A DNA stretch of 64,000 nucleotides from contig MFIU01000001.1 in the NCBI GenBank assembly GCA_001778985.1, forward strand, positions 190,934 through 254,933, read 5' to 3'. Numbering within the stretch: position 1 is the stretch's first letter; the number at the start of each line of letters is the position of its first letter. This DNA is from Candidatus Giovannonibacteria bacterium RIFOXYD1_FULL_48_21 (GTDB lineage Bacteria > Patescibacteriota > Minisyncoccia > JACPKW01 > UBA11713). Made by a program: the position numbers and the translations under genes. Shown one piece after another: positions 27,875 through 37,485 of the stretch. The notes under the pieces are model-generated. The model was not told the origin of the DNA and ran no database searches. It was given only the letters and a program-made list of their open reading frames with translations.

Positions 27875-28351
27875 TTATTTTTTATTATTGTTCAGGCGTG
27901 AATCCACCATTTTAATTTCTTCGTCAATGCCGTCTATCAATTCGTAATTTTGAACTTCGTCGGAGCCTATCCAGGCATGGTCAATACTTTCGGGGTTTAA
28001 CGTAACCTCTCCGGATTTGAACGGCGCGTAAAAGCTCAAAGTCACAACGGGAGTTTTGTCGGGACGAATGAAAGTCATATCCAAGAGATAATCTATCTTT
28101 CCGACTTCTAATCCGACTTCCTCTTTAAGCTCTCTGCGAAGCGTCTTCTCCAGAGCGTTATACCAAACGCCGTGCTCATTGGCCTTTTCGCCTGCGTAAT
28201 CGTCCACCGTCATCCCGCCTCCGGGCACGGTCCAGAAACCCGGCCAGGCTTTTTTGTTTAAGGCGCGGCGCGTGATTAAAAACTTGCTATCTTTATGTAT
28301 GATGCAAGTCGCGACGATGCGATGCAGTTCTTTGTTGTTCGGAAGTTCCAT
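27875..28351 (-). CDS. NUDIX hydrolase
   Basis: WTVPGG...LRRELKEEVGL Nudix box. Confidence 0.88.
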   Translation of the reverse strand: MELPNNKELHRIVATCIIHKDSKFLITRRALNKKAWPGFWTVPGGGMTVDDYAGEKANEHGVWYNALEKTLRRELKEEVGLEVGKIDYLLDMTFIRPDKTPVVTLSFYAPFKSGEVTLNPESIDHAWIGSDEVQNYELIDGIDEEIKMVDSRLNNNKK

Positions 28352-28352
28352 A

Positions 28353-28589
28353 CTACGGGGCAAGAAGTTTTTTGATTTCTGAAATATTTTCCAGGGTCAC
28401 GAAAAGAGAATTCAGATAAGGCTGGAGCTGGAGAAAGCCGATTACCAGAATGGCGACCACGAGAAGTATTTTTGAAATTGAATAAATTCTCCGCCAGGTT
28501 AAATCGCGGCGCAGTTTTTGCAAAATCTCAAGCGATTTTTGCGAAGCCTCTAAATTTTTCTCCAAAAGCTCTTTAATTTTTTCGTCCAT
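28353..28589 (-). CDS. Small membrane protein
   Basis: Coiled N-terminus and one TM segment. Confidence 0.7.
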   Translation of the reverse strand: MDEKIKELLEKNLEASQKSLEILQKLRRDLTWRRIYSISKILLVVAILVIGFLQLQPYLNSLFVTLENISEIKKLLAP

Positions 28590-28592
28590 ACC

Positions 28593-28621
28593 TTGAGTTT
28601 AACATATTTATTGTTTATACT
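28593..28621 (+). promoter_or_regulatory. Putative sigma70 promoter for tRNA-Ser(GCU)
   Basis: TTGAGT - 17 nt - TATACT. Confidence 0.55.
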
Positions 28622-28660
28622 TTATTTGATTAATTTGGAGGAGTGGCTCGTCGGAATGAC

Positions 28661-28749
28661 GGTGGGTTGGCCGAGCGGCTTAAGGCAACGGATTGCTAAT
28701 CCGTGGGGGCGAAAGCCCCACAGAGGTTCGAATCCTCTACCCACCGCCA
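28661..28749 (+). tRNA. tRNA-Ser(GCU)
   Basis: GGTGGGT/ACCCACC acceptor, ACGGA-TTGCTAA-TCCGT, long variable arm, G-CCA. Confidence 0.96.
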
Positions 28750-28767
28750 GTTAGGAAATAAAGTCAT

Positions 28768-28886
28768 TGGCTCGCCCGCTACCTGCCCGTCCGGCAGGCG
28801 GGCGCGGGCTCGCCAGCCCTGCCTGCGGCAGGCAGGCGTTTTTCGGGGAAATTTTCCGCCATAGGCGGATCTGCCTATGGCATGAC
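28768..28886. repeat. Cluster of nested GC-rich mini-hairpins
   Basis: CCTGCCCGTCCGGCAGGCGGG nested in TGGCTCGCCCGC..GCGGGCTCGCCA; CCTGCCTGCGGCAGGCAGG; TCCGCCATAGGCGGA; TCTGCCTATGGCATGA. Confidence 0.85.
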
Positions 28887-29034
28887 AAGCCGTTTTGAAT
28901 TCAGTAAAGCCAGAGTTCAATAGTAGATTTGATAAGACAAACTTATTGTTTATAAATATATTTAAAAACGGTTTTTTGTTAAGATGAAGCAAGGAGATAC
29001 GAAATAATTTATTAATAGCACAAGAAGAATTGAA

Positions 29035-29220
29035 TTGATGAAAGAAAACATTATTAACAACATTAAATTTATTGTTTTTGGAACATTGGTAGTTGTAGAG
29101 ATTCTTATTTTTTTGGTCATAGCGCTTTCTTTAGAGGGGGAATTACTTATTTTGTTTACTATTGGGATAATTTTAATACCTATTTTAATCTGGTTAGGAA
29201 ATATCAAAACAAAACTATGA
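29035..29220 (+). CDS. Small two-TM hypothetical protein
   Basis: Hydrophobic 61-aa ORF in AT-rich DNA. Confidence 0.45.
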   Translation: MMKENIINNIKFIVFGTLVVVEILIFLVIALSLEGELLILFTIGIILIPILIWLGNIKTKL

Positions 29221-29331
29221 AAGAAGAAATTAAGTAAATAAAAGGATTGGAAGAATTAGCCGCCAGAGAAAAAAGATGTAATACTCGCAAGGTTGATAGT
29301 AATTAAGTCTAAAGGGAGATGAAAAATACTT

Positions 29332-29517
29332 ATGAAAACTCTTAAATGTGACCTGTGCGAAGTAACGGCGAAGGGCGAAACATTCGAAGAATGGATGGAG
29401 GCACTGAAGCCACATTATATGCAAGCGCACGCAGATGTGATGAACAATCCAAAAAACGGAAAGAAAGAAATGGAGAAATGGATGGCTGAAAACAAGGCGC
29501 GGTTTGATGCTGCCTAA
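29332..29517 (+). CDS. Small metal-binding protein (DUF1059-like)
   Basis: MKTLKCDLC..GETFEEW...H...H. Confidence 0.7.
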   Translation: MKTLKCDLCEVTAKGETFEEWMEALKPHYMQAHADVMNNPKNGKKEMEKWMAENKARFDAA

Positions 29518-29616
29518 AAATACACAAAAAATCAGTTCTAAAATTATCGTGTGTAGTATAGAATCTGCCGCCAAAGAGAAACTTAACATTATTACTAATA
29601 AAAGATGATTTAAAAT

Positions 29617-30009
29617 ATGAGAAACTTACTAACAACTGGAGAAGCATTCTTGAAGGCGCTGACCGCTCGTGATTTTAAACGAATGGGGACTTTCTTGGTC
29701 CCGGATGTAAAGTTCCGCGCCCTTCTCCCGCCAGGCTCATTTGAGTGGAACGGCCCCGCCGCTGTAATCGAGAATCTTTCCAGTTGGTTTGGATCCGCGG
29801 AGGATTTTGAAGTGCTTGACTCTCAAATTGAAGAAGTAAATGGCCGTCTGCGACTCGCATACAAGTTTCGGCTCCGTCCCCATCCGTTTAAACCCGGCTC
29901 GGGGTGGCATGTCATCGAGCAGCAACTGTTTTGTGACGGAGGAGCCGAGGCACTTATTGGCATTGATTTACTTTGTTCCGGTTTTCTTCCCGAAATCGAG
30001 AATAAGTAA
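29617..30009 (+). CDS. SnoaL/NTF2-like protein
   Basis: FLKALTARDF..PDVKFRALLP..IDLLCSGF. Confidence 0.75.
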   Translation: MRNLLTTGEAFLKALTARDFKRMGTFLVPDVKFRALLPPGSFEWNGPAAVIENLSSWFGSAEDFEVLDSQIEEVNGRLRLAYKFRLRPHPFKPGSGWHVIEQQLFCDGGAEALIGIDLLCSGFLPEIENK

Positions 30010-30069
30010 GGCCTCTCTCTTTTATAGATTTGAATCAAATTTAGCTTCCGCGGCGTTATACTGATATCC

Positions 30070-30258
30070 ATGACCAGAAACCCATTCATCAATGCTTTCG
30101 CGGCGCCCGTGATGGGCTATTTTTTTCTACCAGCCGTTCCAGCTTTATTTTGACGGAGAGAAGAAAAACGCCGCAAATCTTTTTCTAAAAACCCTCGGTA
30201 TTTTCGCTGGAATAACCATCCTATTGCTTATTTTCATATTCATGTTAAACTCGTTTTG
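30070..30258 (+). pseudogene. Deleted/frameshifted membrane-protein gene
   Basis: MTRNPFINAFAAPVMGY then, after a shift in a T-run, FFYQPFQLYFDGEKKNAANLFLKTLGIFAGIT...*. Confidence 0.55.
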
Positions 30259-30287
30259 AATAATTCATCAAAAGAAAGGAGCGGGAG

Positions 30288-30989
30288 ATGAAAAGCAATG
30301 ACGAGCTCTTTGGAGTTAAGCAGAAATTGAGGGTCGCCGCGGAATGCGCGTTTTTACAGCAGAGACATCGTCAGGCCTATCATAGTTTTTTAAAAACAGG
30401 ATTGCCCGACGAAGTTGAAAAGGCGATAAAGACTTGCCTCTTGGCCGACGTTTCGGAAGGGGTCGTGTATCATATCATAGACGCGGCTTGGAAGATGGCG
30501 CTCCAACGCCACGAGGCGCGGAAGGAAGTTTTTGTGGCCGCAAGCCTCACTCGCGCGCGGAGCACTCTTCCTTACGTCAAGTTCGCCATCAAGTTTGTCC
30601 GCGGACAGGGATACCGCGTGCTCTCGGAGCACAACGGGGCCGACCATCCGCTTAAAACTTTTCTCGAACAAGTCGGCAATCCGGAAACATACAATCATAA
30701 CCTCTTCCGCGACACCGACAACACGTGGATTAAAAAGTGCGGGTTATTTATAGCAGACCTCACCGACCCGAGCCACGGCGTGGGAGGAGAGTGGGAAAAC
30801 TGCCGCTTGAAGCCGGAGCTGGGCTCGTTTTTGACCCCCATGCTCGGCATTTCCCTGGCAGACACCAAGGTTTCCGCCTATGTCGATGGAATTAGAGAGG
30901 AAGAAAAGTCGTTCATCTGGTTTCGTTCTTACCGCGATGAGGATGATTTAGCCGGAATTCTTTCGGAATTTTTGGAAAAGTTCGGCTAG
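30288..30989 (+). CDS. Nucleoside 2-deoxyribosyltransferase/DNPH1-like protein with N-terminal extension
   Basis: VFVAASL..GYRVLSEH..DNTWIKKCGLFIADLTDPSHGVGGE resembles the NDT/Rcl motif. Confidence 0.65.
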   Translation: MKSNDELFGVKQKLRVAAECAFLQQRHRQAYHSFLKTGLPDEVEKAIKTCLLADVSEGVVYHIIDAAWKMALQRHEARKEVFVAASLTRARSTLPYVKFAIKFVRGQGYRVLSEHNGADHPLKTFLEQVGNPETYNHNLFRDTDNTWIKKCGLFIADLTDPSHGVGGEWENCRLKPELGSFLTPMLGISLADTKVSAYVDGIREEEKSFIWFRSYRDEDDLAGILSEFLEKFG

Positions 30990-31023
30990 ATTTCGGCAAG
31001 TGCTTACTCACTGTTTTGAAGGG

Positions 31024-31056
31024 GCCGGTTCGTTTTACGAACCGGCTTTCTTTTTT
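31024..31056 (+). terminator. Rho-independent terminator
   Basis: GCCGGTTCGT-TTT-ACGAACCGGC followed by a T-tract, between convergent genes. Confidence 0.8.
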
Positions 31057-31711
31057 ATCCTCTCGCTACCACCAGACCGATGACCGCTTTGGCTCCGGAG
31101 GATTTTAGAACGCGCGCCGCTTCGGAAAGCGTGGCGCCGGTGGTAGAGATGTCGTCCACCAAAAGCACGGTTTTGTTTTTGACGCGTTCCGGAAACTTTA
31201 CCCCGAAGGAATCGTAAACGTTCAAGACTCTTTCCCGGCCGGAGAGCGCGGTCTGCGAGGGCGTGGCTTTTATTTTTTTCAGAAGGCCGGCGTCAAAGGG
31301 GATTTTCGTTTCGGCGGACAATTTTTCCGCGAGAAGCGCGGCTTGGTTGTAGCCGCGGTCCAATTCTTTTCTGAGATGGAGGGGAATGGGCAGTATTACG
31401 GTTTTTTCAGAAAAAGAAGAAAGATAGGGCTTTATCAAATCATGAAGAATCTTGGTAAGGGGACTCGCGAGCCCGTAAGTGCCGTGGTATTTGAAGCGGC
31501 GAAGTGCCTCTCTTAAAATTTTATCCTCGTATGAACCCCAGCTGAAAAGCCGGTCCAAAAAGGGCAGGGAAGATTTTTCTCTGAAATTTTTTCTAGATTT
31601 CGCCAGGCAGTTTTTGCACAAGAGTTCGCCTTCCTGGCGGCAGCCCAAGCAGCGTTGGGGGAATAAAACCTCGAGGAATCTATTTAAAACCGTGTGGATA
31701 AGCCGCCGCAT
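31055..31711 (-). CDS. comF: ComF family phosphoribosyltransferase-like competence protein
   Basis: CxxC zinc finger, FKY.G, RGYNQA, LLVDDISTTGATL. Confidence 0.93.
   Translation of the reverse strand: MRRLIHTVLNRFLEVLFPQRCLGCRQEGELLCKNCLAKSRKNFREKSSLPFLDRLFSWGSYEDKILREALRRFKYHGTYGLASPLTKILHDLIKPYLSSFSEKTVILPIPLHLRKELDRGYNQAALLAEKLSAETKIPFDAGLLKKIKATPSQTALSGRERVLNVYDSFGVKFPERVKNKTVLLVDDISTTGATLSEAARVLKSSGAKAVIGLVVARG
31693..31701 (-). promoter_or_regulatory. Consensus DnaA box
   Basis: TTATCCACA on the minus strand, about 50 nt before pilM. Confidence 0.5.
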
Positions 31712-31751
31712 ATGTTATTATTATGATATAATATAAAGGAAGCTCTAGGGC

Positions 31752-32873
31752 ATGGATTTACCTTTGTTTAAAAAGTACAGCGAAAAGGGATTAGCTCTTT
31801 TCAAAAGACAGACGAGCGTCGTCGGCATTGATTTGGGTTCGTCGAGCCTGAAGATTGTTCAGCTTCGCAAGGAGAAAGAGCGAGCAGTACTCGAAACCTA
31901 CGGCGAGATTTCCACCGGACCTTACGCTGGTTCGCCCGTGGGAAAAAGCGTGCGTCTCTTGGACAAGAAAGTTGTGGAGATGCTGACGGACTTGCTCCGC
32001 GAGGCCAATGCCAAGGCCGTCCAAGCCGTGGTTTCCATTCCGCTCCGTTCGAGTTTCATCCGAATGATTTCGATGCCTCTGATGTCCGAGAAAGAGCTGG
32101 CGGAAGCCATCCCCTTCGAGGCCAGAAAATATATTCCGGTTCCGGCCAGCGAAGTGGTCATCGACTGGTGGCTTTTGCCGGAAGGGATAAGCTCCGAAGG
32201 AAAAGACAGCGAAGGCTTTATCAAAGAGCGGAAGTTTGCGGAAGTCTTGCTGGTGGCGATTCACCGCGAAGCCATCGAGAAATATAAGCGCATTTTTCAG
32301 GAAGCTAAGCTCGAAGTGAATTCTTTTGAAATCGAAGTTTTCAGCCAAGTGCGCTCGATTCTTGGCCGCGAGATTCAGCCGGTTTTGATGGTGGATTTCG
32401 GCGCGCAGGCTACCCGGTTCGTGGTGGTGGATTACGGCATCGTGCGCTTGGCGCACACCGTGGAGCGCGGTTCTCTGGAGCTGACCGACGCCCTCTCGCG
32501 TTCTCTGGGGGTGGATTTCGAAAGAGCCGAGCGCTTAAAACAGGACATCGGTTTCTCGCCGCGGCCGGAGCATAAAGAGACCGCGAACGTGATTGAGCCG
32601 CTCTTGGACCATATTTTTTCGGAAGGGCTGAGAGTGGTGACAGAATATCACCGCCGTTCCGAGCGGCCGATTAAAAAAGTTTGGCTCACTGGAGGCGGCT
32701 CGCTCTTGAAGGGACTGGTTGATTTTTCCATAAACAAGTTTGGACTCGAGGCCAGGCTCGCCGAACCGTTTTCAAAAACCGAATATCCGGCCTTTTTGGA
32801 AGAAAATTTGAAAGAGATCGGACCGATTTTCGCCACGGCCCTGGGAAGTGCGCTTAGAGCTTTGCAAGAATAG
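31752..32873 (+). CDS. pilM: Type IV pilus assembly protein PilM
   Basis: GIDLGSSSLKIVQL, EARKYIP, VDFGA, LTGGGS (actin-like fold). Confidence 0.92.
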   Translation: MDLPLFKKYSEKGLALFKRQTSVVGIDLGSSSLKIVQLRKEKERAVLETYGEISTGPYAGSPVGKSVRLLDKKVVEMLTDLLREANAKAVQAVVSIPLRSSFIRMISMPLMSEKELAEAIPFEARKYIPVPASEVVIDWWLLPEGISSEGKDSEGFIKERKFAEVLLVAIHREAIEKYKRIFQEAKLEVNSFEIEVFSQVRSILGREIQPVLMVDFGAQATRFVVVDYGIVRLAHTVERGSLELTDALSRSLGVDFERAERLKQDIGFSPRPEHKETANVIEPLLDHIFSEGLRVVTEYHRRSERPIKKVWLTGGGSLLKGLVDFSINKFGLEARLAEPFSKTEYPAFLEENLKEIGPIFATALGSALRALQE

Positions 32874-32890
32874 ATTAAAATTTAATTATC

Positions 32891-33439
32891 ATGGCAGAAC
32901 CATCCTTTATACCAAAAAGTCTTCCCCAACGCCTCGCCCAAGCGCGGGAACCCTTGGGAACTTTTCTGTTTTTGGGAGTTTTGGTTTTCGTGATTTCGCT
33001 TTTGGCGCTCGGCGGCTTATTTTTCTACGAGCGCTTGCTTTCCAGCCAGATTACGGACCTCGTAAAATCGCTGGAGCGTCTGAAGGCCGACTTTGACGCG
33101 GACTCCATAAACGAACTCGCCCGCGTTTCAGAGTCAATCCAGACCGCCCAAGAGGTCCTGTTCAGTCACCGCCGCGTTTCCAACGTGTTCATGCTTCTGG
33201 AGTCAAGCACCCTGCCGGAGGTCAGGTTTTCAAAGTTTTCTTTCGACGCGGCTTCCAACCAGCTTACCCTCGCGGCCGAAGCCAAAAGTTACACGGCCCT
33301 CGCCCACCAGACCGAAATTTTTAAGAAATCCTCCGGCGTATCAAAAACATCTTTGTCGAGTTTTTCCCTGACTCCTGCCGGAGGCGTTGATTATGAGGTC
33401 GACCTTACTTTTAATCCCGCTTTGGTTCTCGCACGCTGA
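32891..33439 (+). CDS. PilN-like protein
   Basis: SFIPK N-terminus, TM, coiled coil; position after pilM. Confidence 0.75.
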   Translation: MAEPSFIPKSLPQRLAQAREPLGTFLFLGVLVFVISLLALGGLFFYERLLSSQITDLVKSLERLKADFDADSINELARVSESIQTAQEVLFSHRRVSNVFMLLESSTLPEVRFSKFSFDAASNQLTLAAEAKSYTALAHQTEIFKKSSGVSKTSLSSFSLTPAGGVDYEVDLTFNPALVLAR

Positions 33440-33987
33440 TGGGACGGAATTTTTTAGGCCTGGTTCTGATTGTGGCGGCGGCCGGGGTGAGCGCTTTCTG
33501 GGCTTATCCCTTATGGCTGGAGGTAGGCGAATTGGGCGGGACGAAAGAGGAGCTGACTCGAACCGTGAACCAAGTTAAAGACTTGGCGCGTCGGCGGGAC
33601 GATCTTTTGGCCAGTTACAATTCCATTCCCCGCCAGGATTTGGAAAGTTTGGAAGAATTTTTTCCGAGCAGTCCGGAGGCCGGACTGCTCTTGGTTAACC
33701 TCGAGAGTCTCGCCCGGGGCTCGGGGCTTTTGCTCAAAACCATCGCCGTGAGCGAAGGCGGAGAGCTTCAAGTTCAGCCGGCGGACCAGCCCCAGGAGAA
33801 AGTTTCGAGCTTGCCTTTTCAGATTTCAGTTTCCGGTTCGTACGCCGCTTTTCGTTCTTTTCTGGCCGCCTTGGAGTCTTCGCGCCGCCTTATTGAGCTC
33901 GACCAAATTTCCTTCGACTCCGGCAAGGCCGGAACAAAAGAGTCTTACGAGTTTACGATTCAGGCTCACACTTATTGGAGAAAATAA
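33439..33987 (+). CDS. pilO: PilO-like protein
   Basis: TM, coiled coil, SGSYAAFRSFLAALESSRRLI. Confidence 0.82.
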   Translation: MGRNFLGLVLIVAAAGVSAFWAYPLWLEVGELGGTKEELTRTVNQVKDLARRRDDLLASYNSIPRQDLESLEEFFPSSPEAGLLLVNLESLARGSGLLLKTIAVSEGGELQVQPADQPQEKVSSLPFQISVSGSYAAFRSFLAALESSRRLIELDQISFDSGKAGTKESYEFTIQAHTYWRK

Positions 33988-33992
33988 ATGGC

Positions 33993-34292
33993 ATGGGTAT
34001 TTCCAAACAAAACATTCTTACCGTAATCCTGTTTTTGGCTTTGTTCGGCATCGCCTATATTTGGTACACTTCTTTCTTTTCCAAGCCTCAGGAGGAAGAG
34101 GAAAGTCAGTCCACTCCAGCCGCAACACTTTCAACCCCCGATGAATTTCTCGCACTTTTGTTTCTTTTGGAACAGACAAAAATCGACCTGGAATTTTTTC
34201 AGAGCGAGAGTTTTAAAGAACTTAAGGGCGGGATTAAGCTGCCGCCTCTGCCAGCCGAGCGGGGACGGGTAAATCCTTTCGCACCTTTTTAA
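33993..34292 (+). CDS. Small pilus-associated protein (PilP-like N-terminal motif)
   Basis: TM plus C-terminal GRVNPFAPF. Confidence 0.65.
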   Translation: MGISKQNILTVILFLALFGIAYIWYTSFFSKPQEEEESQSTPAATLSTPDEFLALLFLLEQTKIDLEFFQSESFKELKGGIKLPPLPAERGRVNPFAPF

Positions 34293-34299
34293 AACTGGC

Positions 34300-36009
34300 A
34301 TGTCCGACACGCGTTTTGCGGATTTGCTTTTGCAAAAAGGTCTTATCACCAGGGATAAGTTTGAGAGCGCCCGAGGGGAAGCCGAACGCACCGGCCTTCT
34401 CCTTGAAGAAATTTTAGAAAACCAGGGGCTAAGTTCGGCCCAGATTCTCGAAGCCAAAACCAAGGCGACCGGCATCCCGGCCAAAAGTCTCGAGGGCGGC
34501 CGGGTGCCTTTCGATATCCTGCGCTACGTTCCGGAGGATTCCGCCCGCAACTACAGATTTGTGCCGCTTGGCATGAAAGAAGGGGTTTTGGAAATCGGCA
34601 TGCTTGACCCTTCGGACTTGGACGCCCGCGAAGCTCTCCAATTCATCGCCTCGCGCTTGAACCTGCCTTTCCGGGTTTATCTTATTTCCGCGGCGGATTT
34701 TAAACGTGTTTTGGAAGAATACAAAGGTTTGGGCGGAGAGGTTACCCGGGTTCTGGGCGAGCTGGAAATGGCGCTAAGCGAGGGAGGTCCTGTTCCGGAA
34801 GAATTGGCCGTTGAATCAAAGCTCGTCGAGGAAGCTCCCATTACCAAGATGGTCGCGGTTATTTTGAAACACGCCACCGAAGGCAAGGCTTCGGACGTCC
34901 ATATCGAGCCTTCCCGCGACAAACTCCGGGTGAGGTTTAGGGTGGATGGAATTTTACACACGAGTTTGATTTTGCCTCTGAAAGTGCACGAGGCCATAAT
35001 TTCCCGCATCAAGATTTTGACAAACATGCAGTTAGACGAAAAGAGAAAGCCGCAGGACGGCAGATTTTCCGCCCGGATTGAAAGCCGGGAAATAGACTTT
35101 CGCGTTTCCAGCTTCCCGACCACTTTCGGCGAGAAGATGGCGATTAGGATTTTGGATCCGGAAACCGGAGTGAAAAGCCTGGAAGCGCTGGGGCTCGATG
35201 GCCGGAATCTCGAGGCCATCCAAGCGGGCCTGAAGCGTCCCTACGGCATGATTTTGCTCACTGGTCCGACCGGCTCCGGAAAAACCACCACCCTTTACGC
35301 CATGCTCCAGACTTTGAATAAAGAGCGCTACAATATCGTCAGCTTGGAGGACCCCATTGAATACAATATAGAAGGCGTCAACCAATCGCAGGTCCGGCCA
35401 GAGATAAATTACGATTTTGCTTCAGGGCTCCGTTCCATCCTAAGGCAGGACCCTGATATAATTATGGTAGGCGAGATTCGCGACCGCGAAACCGCCGGCC
35501 TCGCGATTCACGCGGCCTTGACCGGCCATATTGTTCTTTCCACCCTGCACACCAATTCCGCCATCGGGGTCATTCCGAGGCTTATCGATATGGGAGTTGA
35601 CCCCTTCCTGATTGCTCCTACCCTTACCCTTGCCATCGGTCAGCGTCTGGTGCGAACCCTCTGCCCGGATTCCAAGAAAAAAGTGTCCCTGGTCGGTAGT
35701 GTTAGGGAAAAAATAGACGAGGAGTTTAAAGACATGTCGGAATCGGAAAAAAGACAGGTTAAATTTCCGAAAGAAATTTATCAAGCCTTGCCCTCGGCCT
35801 CTTGTCCCAAGGGCACCTCCGGCCGCATCGGCGTTTTCGAAGTTTTATCCATGACGCCCCAGCTTGAGAAGATTATTTTGAAAGTTCCGACCGAGACGGA
35901 AATTAGCGCGGAGGCCCGGCGCCAGGGTATGATAACCATGAGGGAGGACGGGATTTTAAAAGTGCTCTCCGGCCGGGTCGGCCTGGAGGAGCTCTCTGAA
36001 GTAACTTGA
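34300..36009 (+). CDS. pilB: Type IV pilus assembly ATPase (PilB/GspE)
   Basis: ASDVHIEP, PQDGR, GPTGSGKTTT, LRQDPDIIMVGEIRD. Confidence 0.95.
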   Translation: MSDTRFADLLLQKGLITRDKFESARGEAERTGLLLEEILENQGLSSAQILEAKTKATGIPAKSLEGGRVPFDILRYVPEDSARNYRFVPLGMKEGVLEIGMLDPSDLDAREALQFIASRLNLPFRVYLISAADFKRVLEEYKGLGGEVTRVLGELEMALSEGGPVPEELAVESKLVEEAPITKMVAVILKHATEGKASDVHIEPSRDKLRVRFRVDGILHTSLILPLKVHEAIISRIKILTNMQLDEKRKPQDGRFSARIESREIDFRVSSFPTTFGEKMAIRILDPETGVKSLEALGLDGRNLEAIQAGLKRPYGMILLTGPTGSGKTTTLYAMLQTLNKERYNIVSLEDPIEYNIEGVNQSQVRPEINYDFASGLRSILRQDPDIIMVGEIRDRETAGLAIHAALTGHIVLSTLHTNSAIGVIPRLIDMGVDPFLIAPTLTLAIGQRLVRTLCPDSKKKVSLVGSVREKIDEEFKDMSESEKRQVKFPKEIYQALPSASCPKGTSGRIGVFEVLSMTPQLEKIILKVPTETEISAEARRQGMITMREDGILKVLSGRVGLEELSEVT

Positions 36010-36022
36010 TGCGAACGCGAAT

Positions 36023-36403
36023 ATGAACAAAAAGATTTTGATAATTGACGACGACGAATTTTTGCTGGATATGTACTCTTTGAAGTTTCGGGAAGCCGGT
36101 TTTCAAGTGGAAGTGGGCCGGAGCGGAGAAGAGGCGCTGAATCTGGTGCGCCAGGGCTTGAAGCCGGAAGTGGTTTTGCTGGACATCGTGATGCCCACGA
36201 TTGACGGCTTTGAATTTCTGCGGCTCGTGAAAAAAGAAAATCTCCTGCAAGGAGCGCTGGTGGTGATTTTGTCCAACTTGGGCCAGCGGGAAGATATCGA
36301 GAAAGGCTTGGCTTTGGGAGCTAACGACTATATCGTGAAAGCTCACTCCACCCCCTCCGAAGTGCTTCGAAAAATTGAAACCCTCTTAGAGAAGAAAGCA
36401 TGA
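36023..36403 (+). CDS. Stand-alone response regulator receiver
   Basis: IIDDD, LLDIVMP, DYIVK. Confidence 0.92.
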   Translation: MNKKILIIDDDEFLLDMYSLKFREAGFQVEVGRSGEEALNLVRQGLKPEVVLLDIVMPTIDGFEFLRLVKKENLLQGALVVILSNLGQREDIEKGLALGANDYIVKAHSTPSEVLRKIETLLEKKA

Positions 36404-37482
36404 GTCCTCTCAAGGATTACGAAGCGGAGCTGAAAGAGCTTATTGGAGCCGTGCTCCGCGAGCAGGCCTCCGACCTCCATATCTCGGCTGGACGCCACCC
36501 CACTTTACGGATTGCCGGCCGCTTGACGCCCTTGGTGAAAACGCAGGTTTTGACTCCCCAAGACACCGAGGGTTTCATCTTCGCCATGCTGGATGACCAA
36601 AAACGCTCTAAGCTCATCTCTGAACGGGAGCTGGATTTTTCTTACAATTTTGAAACGAAGGCCCGCTTTCGGGTGAACGCCTATTTTGAGCGCGGCTTTC
36701 TGGCCGTGGCGCTTCGGTTTGTGCCAGTGGAGATTAAGAGCTTAAAGGATTTGAACCTGCCGGATATTCTTTTGAACTTCGTAAGAAAAAAACAGGGATT
36801 TTTTCTGGTAGCGGGTCCGACCGGACACGGCAAATCCACCACCCTGGCCTCGCTTCTCAACGCCGTCAATCAGGAAAGATTTGAACACCTGCTTACGATT
36901 GAGGATCCGATCGAGTTTCTTTTCACTCCGGACAAATCTATTATCGACCAGCGCGAGGTCGGTTTTGACACCAAAGATTTTCACCGCTCTCTTCGCTCCA
37001 TGTTTCGGCAGGACGTCAACGTGGCCATGATCGGCGAGATGCGGGACCAGGAGACCATGTCCACGGCGGTGACCGCGGCCGAAACCGGGCATCTTATTCT
37101 TTCTTCCCTGCACACCAATAACGCCGCCCAAACCATTGACCGGATTATTGATTCTTTCCCGCCGGGTCAGCAAAATCAGATTCGCTCCCAGCTCGCCTCC
37201 ACTCTCTTGGGTATTTTCTCCCAAAGGCTTTTACCCCGTATTTCCGGGGGCTTGGTGCCGGCCTACGAGCTTTTAATCGCGACCACGGCCGTTCGGAATT
37301 TGATTCGGGAGGGGAAAAATCACGAACTTGATTTGGTGATTGAGACTTCGGCCGAGCTCGGCATGATAACTTTGAATCAATCCCTCCTCAACTTGGTCCA
37401 GCAGGACGAGATAACTTTTGAGACCGCGCTCGCTTACTCCATCGACCCTAAGAATTTAGAAACTTTATTGGGCCGAAGATGA
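36400..37482 (+). CDS. pilT: Type IV pilus retraction ATPase
   Basis: ASDLHI, GPTGHGKSTT, EDPIE, AVRNLIRE. Confidence 0.95.
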   Translation: MSPLKDYEAELKELIGAVLREQASDLHISAGRHPTLRIAGRLTPLVKTQVLTPQDTEGFIFAMLDDQKRSKLISERELDFSYNFETKARFRVNAYFERGFLAVALRFVPVEIKSLKDLNLPDILLNFVRKKQGFFLVAGPTGHGKSTTLASLLNAVNQERFEHLLTIEDPIEFLFTPDKSIIDQREVGFDTKDFHRSLRSMFRQDVNVAMIGEMRDQETMSTAVTAAETGHLILSSLHTNNAAQTIDRIIDSFPPGQQNQIRSQLASTLLGIFSQRLLPRISGGLVPAYELLIATTAVRNLIREGKNHELDLVIETSAELGMITLNQSLLNLVQQDEITFETALAYSIDPKNLETLLGRR

Positions 37483-37485
37483 AAA

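Noticed and set aside
28097-28122. Two CCGACTTC half-sites in the NUDIX gene resembling the RAYT palindrome
   Set aside because: They encode the normal Nudix-box region EEVGLEVG and lack the second arm.
28696-28992. 98-aa ORF on the minus strand
   Set aside because: Runs antisense through tRNA-Ser and the hairpin cluster; an artefact of GC-rich repeats.
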